A DNA stretch of 64,000 bases from a virus, in IMG/VR virus record IMGVR_UViG_3300020281_000010, one strand, 5' to 3'. The position numbers and the translations under genes are program-made. A model generated the notes under the pieces. The model saw only the letters and a list, made by a program, of their open reading frames with translations. It made no database searches and was not told the DNA's origin. Shown here in pieces: positions 51,649-62,700 of the stretch; the first letter of the stretch is position 1, and each line of letters starts with the position of its first letter.

Positions 51649-53733
51649 ATGGCAGCAATTCCCTCAAATTTAACATCCCTAGATTTTACTGAAATCAGAG
51701 AATCGATCAGATCATATCTGCGAACGAGAGATGAGTTCACGGACTATGACTTTGATGGTAGTGCTGCGTCATATCTTTTGGACGTTCTGTCATATAACAC
51801 ATACTATGCTGCATTTAACGCTAATATGGCGATGAATGAGGCGTTTTTGGAATCTGCAACTGTTAGAGACAACGTTGTAAAGATTGCCAAGCAACTTAAT
51901 TATACTCCTAGATCTATCAAAGCGTCCAAAGCGTGTGTTAGATTCAGTGTGCAGACAGCATACCTAGGTGATGGCGTATCGTTCCCAACACAAGTCACTC
52001 TCCAGGCTGGAGATGTTTTTGTTTCTACTACTAATGGTGAACCATACACGTTCACTCTCCCTAACGAAATCAGAGCAACTGTTAATCAATCTGATGGTGT
52101 TGCGACGTTTGATAAAATTATCATCTATCAAGGTAACACTCTTGAGTACACTTACACAGTTGATGACGTTAACAAGAGAGAATACTTAATTCCTGCAGAG
52201 AATGTGGACACTACGCTGCTATCAGTGTCCATTTCTCCTAATGCACAGTCAACAGAAATCGATACTTATAATCTTGTACAGAATATTGTTGATGTAGACG
52301 GTACAACTCGTGGTTACTTCCTAGAAGAGACTGATGATCTACGTTATAACGTCATTTTTGGTGATGGCGTTATTTGTCGTAGGTTGATCTCTGGTGAGGT
52401 CATCCGTTTGAAGTATGTTCGTACTGATGGTCCCGATGCAAACGGATGTAAGCGATTTAACTTCATTGGTAGAGTTGTTGACAGTGAAGGACGTTTCATT
52501 AACAATGCCAGTGTCTCTCTAGCGACCATAGACGGGTCTCAAGACGGTGAGAACCTAGAGACTACCCTGAGCATCAAATATAACGCTCCTAGGGCGTTTA
52601 ACAGTCAGAACAGAGCGGTTACTGAGTCAGATTACGAATACATCACTAAAAAGGTGTATCCTCAAGCAAGATCTGTAACTGCATATGGTGGAGAGCGTCT
52701 AAATCCCCCAGTTTACGGAAAGGTGTACGTTGCTATCCGTACTAAGTCAGGCGCTACGCTGAATACCACAACTAAGAAGCGTATTAAGAACAATTTACAG
52801 AAATATGCGATTGCTGCTATTGAACCAGTAATTATTGATCCTATTTCACTTTATATCAGACCTAAGACTTGGGCATTCTTTGATGGTACTAAAACTTCAC
52901 TATCAAACAACGAAATTGCGACAACTATCCTCGGATCTATCGATCAGTACAATAATCAAGGTTCTTCTTCTAGATTCAGCGGTAGAATTGACATCTCTGC
53001 ATATCAGAGAATGATTGACGATTCAGATCCTGCTATTAGCGGTAATGTCACTCATATGACCCTTGGTATGAATATTGAAGGATTTGAGTTTGGTCAAACC
53101 TTCTCCAAGTGTGTTGACTTTGAAAATGAGATTGAGAATCCTAATGATCTCTCTGGTGCTCCAAAAGGAGGAAGTGGAGACGGTTCTGATGGACAATGTT
53201 TACCGAAGTATTCAAGTGTGAAGACTGGTACATTCTATGCTACTGGTTACACAGAAAACCTTCTTGCTATTCAGGGTACATCATCTAACTCTATTTCTGC
53301 TACATCATTCATTGATAATGACACATCAGCACTTCTTCCTGTAAATATTCGTGATGATGGTTATGGAAACCTCATTATGGTTACAAAACAGGATGAGAAG
53401 GAAGTTACCCTTAAATCTTCAGTTGGTACTGTAGATTACAAGTCTGGACAGGTTTGTGTTGGTCCTGTAGATGTACATTCTACTCCTGACGGAACACCTC
53501 GTATTCCAGTTACTGTGATTCCAAAATCACCAAATATCAACATTGGTTCTGGTGTTGACCCAACAATCTTTAACCCGATTGTAACAACCATTGATTACAC
53601 TATTGATGGCAGCAATATTGGCGCATTCGATCCGTTCGACTTTACTGCAATCAACTTTGACGGAACCGCACTAAATATCATTGATTATCCAAGCACAGTG
53701 TTTGAACTCCCCGAGTTCAACTCCTGTTTCTAA
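51649..53733 (+). CDS. gp6: Baseplate wedge subunit gp6
   Basis: LDF..I...L....EFTDYDFDGS...LLDVLSYNTYY...NEAFLESA..R.NVV..AK.LNY.PRS; APRAF.SQNRAVT..DY. Confidence 0.93.
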   Translation: MAAIPSNLTSLDFTEIRESIRSYLRTRDEFTDYDFDGSAASYLLDVLSYNTYYAAFNANMAMNEAFLESATVRDNVVKIAKQLNYTPRSIKASKACVRFSVQTAYLGDGVSFPTQVTLQAGDVFVSTTNGEPYTFTLPNEIRATVNQSDGVATFDKIIIYQGNTLEYTYTVDDVNKREYLIPAENVDTTLLSVSISPNAQSTEIDTYNLVQNIVDVDGTTRGYFLEETDDLRYNVIFGDGVICRRLISGEVIRLKYVRTDGPDANGCKRFNFIGRVVDSEGRFINNASVSLATIDGSQDGENLETTLSIKYNAPRAFNSQNRAVTESDYEYITKKVYPQARSVTAYGGERLNPPVYGKVYVAIRTKSGATLNTTTKKRIKNNLQKYAIAAIEPVIIDPISLYIRPKTWAFFDGTKTSLSNNEIATTILGSIDQYNNQGSSSRFSGRIDISAYQRMIDDSDPAISGNVTHMTLGMNIEGFEFGQTFSKCVDFENEIENPNDLSGAPKGGSGDGSDGQCLPKYSSVKTGTFYATGYTENLLAIQGTSSNSISATSFIDNDTSALLPVNIRDDGYGNLIMVTKQDEKEVTLKSSVGTVDYKSGQVCVGPVDVHSTPDGTPRIPVTVIPKSPNINIGSGVDPTIFNPIVTTIDYTIDGSNIGAFDPFDFTAINFDGTALNIIDYPSTVFELPEFNSCF

Positions 53734-53751
53734 GACCGCCGTACTTAAAAG

Positions 53752-56700
53752 ATGGTTGCACATAACACAGCAATTAAGGTCTCCCAGAGACTGAACAGTC
53801 AGATTCCTGCGTTTATCAAGGAGGATAACGACCAGTTCGTCAACTTGCTGACAGAATACTATAAGTCACAAGAGAAATCAGGGCGTCCATATGACATCCT
53901 AAACAATATACTAGCATATGTTGACATTGGGTCAGGAGAATTTAATCCTAATTTCTTGTCATCAGAGTCTGCTGTGTTGGAGGCGGTTGATCCTACGCAG
54001 AACAAAATTATTGCTGAGAATGTAAATTACTTCTTAGAGAAAGATGGTACTATAAAAATTGACAATGAAGTTCTATATTACGAGTCTGTAACACATTCTC
54101 CTGACATTGTTTTCACTCCAGGCGTTAATAAGCAAGAATTTGATAGAAAGGTTCAAGAATTCGAACCTATCAATAATCAGTTTAATAGTTCAACAACAGA
54201 ATTTAATTTAAGACTGTTAGGTAGACCTGTTTCACCTCAGTCTTCAAATCACCTTTTGGTGGTTGTAAATAACGAGTTTATGTTCCCTGATAGGGATTAC
54301 TTCGTTGAAGGTGACCGTATTCGCTTTGTAAACCCTCCAGAACCGACTACAGGGGCGTTGACAGGTGCAATCAATACCATTCGTTACCTTATCGGTTATA
54401 CAAGCGTTCCAGTCCGTTCTCTGGACACCATTACAGTTCCTCAGGATGCCACTGAGTTTTCACTGAAACTCAATACTCAACCTTACAGTCCTCTTTCTAC
54501 TGTTTCATCAATCGTTGTTGTTAACAGAGTTGAAAAGAGACCTTTTGAGGATTTCACAGTTTTTGAAGATAAACTCATCTTCAAGCAACCTGTCTCACAA
54601 AATGCTACAATAGATGTACGTTCTGTTGAACTCATTGCTCCTGAATTTGGTTCAGGTGCTTCAGCAGTATCTCAAATCGATGGCGGTGCTGTTAACGACA
54701 TCCTTGTTAAAAATGGTGGTTCTGGTTACAGAGTAAGTTTTGCTCCTAGAATCACTATCCAGTCAAATAAGGGTACTGGTGCAGGTGCTACAGCAGAAGC
54801 ACTTGTAAATGGTATCAAGAATACTCAACTCCTATTCTCTGGACAAGGTTACTCTTCTAACAACCCACCTATCGTAGTTGTAGATGCTCCTGCTGATGAA
54901 GAGGGAACCAGAGCACAAATTACTGCTATTGTCTCAGATGAACTCGAAGGTGTATCGGAATTGCGTGTCACTTCTTCAGGAAGTGGATATGACCGCATTC
55001 CTTCAATTAAGTTTGTTAATCCTGGTGGTGCTACTATATCAGATCCTACAGTTGAAAACGGATCAATCGTCGCAGGATCAATCTCAGTAACCGCTCCTGG
55101 TTCTGGGTACACAACTGCACCTTTGGTGTATATGGATCCTCCTACTGGGGATAATGCTATCAATGCAACTGCTCAGGCAGTCCTTGATGCTGAAGGTAGA
55201 GTTGAAAGAATTGACATCATATCATCAGGTCAAGGATATGAAGGTAACATCAGGGCAAGAATTATCGATCCTGTTGGTGCACAGATCCTTGATGTGTCTT
55301 GTACTGGTGGTAGAGTTACTAATATTGAACTACTAACTGGTGGTAAGGGTTATACAGATGCTCCATCTGTGTATATCGTTGATAATAGAAAGGATACCAA
55401 CGGTCAACCTATTGGTGGTACTGGTGCAACTGCTGTTGCTACCATTTTCAATGGTGAGATCACTGACATCAATATCACTAGTTTTGGTAGTGGATACTCA
55501 GATACAGAACCTCCTAAGGTCTTTATTGCTGCTCCTCCTGTTCCAGAAGCATCTTGTGACGTTGGTTTTGGAGAAATTACAGGTTTCACAATCCACAGTG
55601 CGGGACAAAATTACCAACCTTCAGCATTTGTTGGTGTAAAGCGCGGAGTTTCTGCTGTCACATCATATGATCAGAAGGGTCATCAAGTTTATAGTGGAGA
55701 ATCCAGTCTGGTACAGTCTTCTCACGCTGTAGGATCAGTAATTCACAATCTTGATAATCTTTTTGCTAAAGAATTATACAGAAGATTCGTAAATCAATAT
55801 CTTCCTAATGCGGAAATTGACTATAAAAAAGTCAACGCTCCGCAAATTATTAAGACTATTTCGGATTTTTACGCATCTAAAGGTACGAAGATCTCTACAC
55901 AGTACCTCTTTAAGATCCTTTATTCCGAAAATGTTGATGTTTCTTATCCTAAAGATGAGATTATCAAACCTTCTGCTGCAACTTGGAACGTAGATACGGT
56001 TCTTAGAGCAGATCTTTTGGAAGGTAATCCAGAGAATTTAATCGATTCACAGTTGATTCAGTATGTTGATGACGTTGATATTAACGTAAAAGGTGCATCT
56101 GCACTGATTGAAAACGTTATTGCTATCAATACTGGTGTTGGTACTGTGTATGAACTTGCAATTTCAGAAGAAACTCTGCAAGGTGCGTTCACAATCCCCT
56201 ACAAAACCACACTGGTTGAGGAACTTTCTACCACTGAATCAATTATTACAGTTGACTCTACGATTGGTTGGCCAGAAAGAAACGGTACTATCCGTATTGA
56301 TGACAACGAGGTTGTACAGTATAAAGAGAAAACACTGAACCAGTTTATTGAATGTACTCGTTCTAAGAACGGTGTAGTAGAAGATTGGGATGCAGGTACT
56401 ACAGTTTTCTCTGACATCTTCGTTTATGTCAACCGTGGTACTGAAAACGAGTGTAAGTTGCGTGTTCTTGGTATTGCTGATGCAGAATCTACAGTTCTGT
56501 CTGACAATGGTTCGTATTATCTTCCTGGCGACAAACTAAACGTTGCATCACTTGGTTCAACTTCTAACGATCAAAGAATTACTTCTTGGTTGTATAACGT
56601 CAAAAAACTAATCAATATCAACGAAATCGTCCCTGGTGGTCTTAATAATCAGACTGCAACTGTTACTTGCTCTAATAACCACGGTCTACTGGTTGGTGAC

Positions 56701-59700
56701 ACAGTTACTATCTACGGTGCAAACCCAACTGTGTTCAATGGAACCTTCTTGGTTACATCCCGTATCAATGCTACTCAGTTTGAATACAACATCCCTGCTC
56801 CTGCTCCTAATGCTCCACAGGGTAATATCCTTCTTTCTGTTGACCTGAACAAAGGTAAGTCTTCAGAAGAGGGTATCAGCGTTGCTATCAGAGACTTTAC
56901 TACCAACGTACAGAATACATTCTTCAACGATAGGTATGCATACATTGCATCCTCTGGTATTCCTAACTATCAAGTTGGTCCTTTTGTGGGATCTGCGCTA
57001 CTTCCTGGTAACCAACGTAAGTTGATCCGTATCCCTAGAGTTATCAATACAATCTCTAGACGTACAGATACAACATTTGGTCCTATCGGTGCTTGGGTTA
57101 ACGGTGTATCAACTTGGTCCTATAAGTCTGAGACTAAGATCAAGTTTGGTGGATTGACTGGTATAACTATTGATAACCCTGGTCAAGGATATGACGCTGC
57201 TAATCCTCCTATTATTGAGATTAATGGTGGCGGTGGATCTGGTGCTAAGGCAAGTGTTGTTGTTAACGGTGCTTTAAGTGAAATCGAAGTTTCTAACGGG
57301 GGTACTGGTTACACTTCTAGTCCTCTTGTTTCTATCGTGGGTGGTGGTGGATTCGGCGCTACTGCTACCGCTGTTATTACCAATGGTGTAGTATCAAAGA
57401 TTCTGGTTGAAACTCCAGGTCAAGGATATACATCACAACCTGACGTTTCTGTCTCTGGTGGAGGCGGTACTGGATGTACTGCGACTGCACAGGTGCGTGG
57501 TCCTATCCAATCTGTAAATGTAGACACAGCAGGTTCAGCGTACACATCTTCTCCTGACATCAAACTAAACTCTGGTGAGGGTGCTGTTGCTCAACCTATT
57601 ATCATTAACGGTAGAATCGTTTCTATCGCTATCATTGCAGCAGGTAGAGGATATACCACTGCTCCTGAGATTGTGATCAATGGAGACGGTTATGGTGCTA
57701 TTGCAAGAGCAACTATTGGTGCTGTTGGTGAAGATAGAGGTAAGGTTATCGGTGTTACTGTTGTAAACAGAGGTGTAGGTTACACTACTGGTAATACAAC
57801 TGTCCGTCTAGATGCGGTTGGTGAGATGGCAGAGTTCACTGCAACTGTGTTTGAGTGGACTAGAAACCTTCAAGATGAACTTGGACAGAACTTTGATACA
57901 GCACGTGGTTATGTGTTTGCAGGTTATAACACACAGTATGGTGGTGAATATGCACACCTTTCTGATCCTAAGCAACTAAGATACGTTCTTGGTGACAACG
58001 TATTCAAGAATCAGTCAACTCAGCAACTACAAGAACTTACAACTGGATACCAACACTCTCCTATTTTGGGTTGGGCTTTCGATGGTAACCCTATCTACGG
58101 ACCTTACGGTTACATTGATGCCACTGACCAGTCATCTGGTATTAGAAGAATTCGTTCATCCTACAGAATTAAACCCGCACTCATCTATGATGCTGCGACA
58201 AACTTGAATCCTGTTCGCGCAGATGGTCCTCTTCTTAGCGATTACATTGCAGGATCCTTTATTGATGACTTTGAATATGTGTTCCAAGAGGGTGATCTAG
58301 ACCAGTATAATGGTCGTTTCTGTAAGACTCCTGAATTCCCTGAAGGTGTTTACGCATATTTTGTATCAATCGATGCATCTGATGCAGGTAACCCTGTATT
58401 CCCATACATTTGTGGTCCTCAACTGTACTCCTCACCTGATGAGTGGAACTTCTCTCAGGATGCTGTACAGACAAATATCCCTGCTGACGTTGTTAGATTC
58501 CGTGATCCTTACGAGGATGTGGATATTGATATTGATCGTACACCTAACCAAGCAACTGACACTCTTGTTACTGAACTTGGTGAGGATCTTATCTTTGAAA
58601 TCGAAGATACTAACAGAGACGGTCTCATCAATAACGATGAAGCGACTACACCTATTCAGATCACTGAAGAACCCGTACTACAATTATTTGATTACTACCC
58701 TAAAGTCTCCACAAGATCTGTTGTTGACATCGATATTGAGACTACGACTAAGTTTGAAGACGCTAAAGTTGATGGATTTGTGGTTGAGAACCCAGGTGTC
58801 TCCTACAAAGTCAATGATAAACTCTTCTTTGATAACGAAGGAACTGATGGTTTCGGAGCCTCTGCAAAAGTTGAGGCAGTTAAGGGTCTAGACATTGCAG
58901 GTTATAGTTCATATATCCAGAATGATCTTCCATATGGACGCATCACTACTGCAACTGAGCACGAATTGCGTCTAGATGACCAGATCATCGTTACTAGTAC
59001 ACCTATTCTTGATGACACTAACAAGACATTCAAGGTAAAAGTTATCTCTGGTGTAGAAAGAGTTACTATTGATCAGGAAGGTCTTGGTTATTCTGAGGAC
59101 ATTCCTCCTAGTTACGAAGTTATCACTAACTCTGGACAAGACTTTAACATCAATATCAATAGAGATGAAGGTGGTGCTGTAAGAACTGTTGATATTATCA
59201 ACTCTGGTTCAGGATATGATAAGGACAATCCACCTCAAATTCGTGTTTCTCATCCTCAAAGATTTAAGAAAGCAAGTTATTTCCTCTCACTTCTAACAGA
59301 AGCAGGTTCTACTGTTACTATTAATGATATTAAGGTTGCTGATGATCGTACTTTCTATGTTGCAGGTCAAACAACGGTTGTAGATGGTAATACAGCAGGT
59401 GTTCTTGCTAAGTTCAATAGTGATGGTAGATTGCTTTGGAAGCGTACTCTAATTCCTACTGTTCCTGCAAACTCTGATAAGTCACTGTCTTGGAAGGCAG
59501 TTCACATTGAAAACAGTAATCCTCACAACATTTACGTGATTGGTGAGACTGTTCCTAACGTTGGTAATCTTACTCACAACCCTGACATTGTTGTTGCTAA
59601 GTATCAATCAGGTTTTGATAATGCTAACAACCCTGATGGTATTATTCAGTGGCAGCGTGACATTGCAGGTATCTCTGGTTCTACTAGAAGAGACTATGCT

Positions 59701-62700
59701 TCTGACATCAGACTTGACCAAGACGGTCGAGTGATGATTGCAGGTTATACAGACTCTAACTCTACTGCACCTGACGATATGTGGGTCGCATTGTTAGATC
59801 TTGATGGATCTATGATGGAGAAGCGTAAGATTGCTTCTGCTGCAGGTAGTGAGCATCTTCATAAGATTCAGTGGAGAACAGATGATACATTCCTCTTCTG
59901 TGGTATCTCTGACCCTGCAGGTGATGCTAACATTATTATTGGTGAGACATATTACGATACTGCTACTATCGAGGTTCAGTGGTCTAAGCAAATCGAATCT
60001 GGTGCTTACCAGTTTGCTGATCCTACCTTTACTATTGATGAATATGGTTCAGTTTATGTAACTGCAACTGCTATTGATACAAATGGTAAGAACTATGGCG
60101 TTCTCTACGCTAAGTTTGATAATCAAGACTATACAGCAGTATCTCTTGCTAAGATGTACGTTCCTACTGGAACTTACACCTCTATTAAGAATGCAGGTGT
60201 TTCTTTTGACGTATTTGGTAATATTGACATCAGTGCTGTTGTAGAAAGAGATTTCAACGCTGTTCAATCAATTACTGCCAAGATTTCTTGGAATACTGGT
60301 GCTGTTCTCTCTGCTGCTGAGGTAACAGAGACCAACGGTATTGGTTATCATCCAACTTGTGTTGCAAACGACAACTCTGGTGATACTATTGTTGCAGGTA
60401 ATAAGGTTGAAGCAGATCAACTTGCCATCTTCAACTGGAACACTGCAGACAATCTTTTTGATGAAACATATAATGACATCCTAAGAACTGGTTCAAATAA
60501 GCAGTGGGCTGCCTCAGGCAACGCTGTTATCGATAATACTAAGTTCTACAACGGTGCATCTTCACTAAAACTTGATGCTCCTAACTCAATGCTACTTCAG
60601 TACAGCACAACTGCTGATCAAAGTGTTGAGTGGACAATGGAAGGTTGGTTTGCTCTTGGTAATACTCAATATGCTGCACAAGCATCTAAACCAGAATTCT
60701 TCGGTATTGTCTCTCAGTTGACACAAGAAGTTAAGGTTGGTGTTGATGGTACCTCAAGTAGTGCTAATTTTGGTAAGATTTTCCTTGATTTGAATGGATC
60801 TACCTCATACTCTACTGGTACAACATTCTGGACTGCATTTAACTCTGAGGCGTGGGTTCATATTGCTATTTCTAAGGAACGCCCTGGTGTTGGTTCTTAC
60901 ATCTATCGTATTTACGTTAATGGTGTAGAGGCACATTCAGTTAACAGTTCTACTGTTGACGTTAACTTGATGCAGGCAACACTTGGTCCTATCTCAACTC
61001 CAAGTTCTACTAACAACTGGATTGGTTGGATTGACAACTTTGTTGTTACACCTTCTGCTAAGTACACAGATGCATTCACTGCAGGACTTGTTACTGGTAC
61101 AAACTCAGTATCTAAGGCATTCATTTATAAGATTGACAAAGATAAGACAAAACTTGGATCGTTCTCCCTAAACAATGTAGAGGCAGGACATACCCTAAAC
61201 GTCGCCGCAGGAAGCAATTATACGTTTAATACCCAGTCAGTTTCTGTTAACCCTTGGATTATGGGTCCTGCGGGTATTCAGATTCTTGATTACTCAGATG
61301 TTGTATCGACTCATATCCCTGGAGTCTATACTATTACATCTACTGATGAAGCATATGCAAGTAGAACTGCAACTATTCCTACACAAGGTGGTAAGAAACT
61401 ACTGCTCACCACTAAGGTTATTCCTAAGTTCTACATCAGAGATGCAAGATACTCAAGTATTGACCTTGTAAAGACTATTACATTCAACCAGAATGCTTCC
61501 TTTACTAAAGGATCTGTTCTTCAACAGTATTCTGTTATTGGTGGTAACGATGTTGTATCTGCATATGGTACTGTTGTTGAATCTGGATCTAATTCTTGTA
61601 AAATTGGTAAGATTATTGGTAACTTCGACACAACTAAACTGTTGAAGTCTACTGCAGGTGATGTGAACGAGATGGACAAAGAGTTCACCGTTCAAACTAC
61701 AACTCCTGTTTGGCAGCAAAATCAAAACTATGCTGTTGGTGATGTTGTTTATAACGATGGTAAGATCTATACATCTGGTACTGCTGCAACTGCAGGTGCT
61801 ATTGCTCCTACACATACATCAGGTACTGTCTCTGACGGTAACATCAACTGGGCGTTTACAAGCGTTGCAGGTATCTTCTCAGTAGATTTGGCGAATAGTG
61901 TACACGGATCTGGCACTCTTGCACAGTTTGCATCTTGGAAACCTTTCGATGCTGCTGACTATACTATCAAAATTCAGCAGATCTATCCTGATTCATCCTT
62001 TATTAAGGGTGACACCATTGACGCTGATGCTGTTAACTTGACATTTGAAGTTGATACAACTGGTAAGATTGCAACATTCGGTGGTCTTGTCGGTGTTAAG
62101 CAGTTCAATCTTCAGGCAAAACTTAACAAAGACGTTGTTCCTTCACAGGCACTGACAAATACTGATCTTGTTTACTGTTCTGCTACTAGTAGACATAACT
62201 TCTCAGCAAATGACATCATCTTTACTGAGAGATTTACTACTAATGAGTACAATGGTTCATTCTTTGTGGAAGAAGTATTCACTTCTAGAGACTTCACATA
62301 CAAATTAAGAAGCACTGCTGTTCAGGATCCTACATTCTCTGGACAAGGTTCTTCTGTTTCGAACATTAATATCTACGCTAAGCATCCTAAGTTCCTATTT
62401 GTTAGAGGACATCAGTATATCTTTGACCTTGATGACCCATCTAACCTTGGATACTTCTTATCATTCTCTAAAGATAACCAGTATAAACTGGAATATCCAT
62501 TCATTAACATCATTAGAGAGGGTACACCTGGATTTACTGATGATGATTCACCAACTCCGTTGGTTAAATTCATCATTAATGATGATGTTACTAACATTTC
62601 ATACTACTTTGACCCATCTAGAACCACAGCAGACGACTCTCCTGTTGGTGAAGGATCATTTATTGACGTTATTCAGTCTCCTTACCAAGGTACATTTACT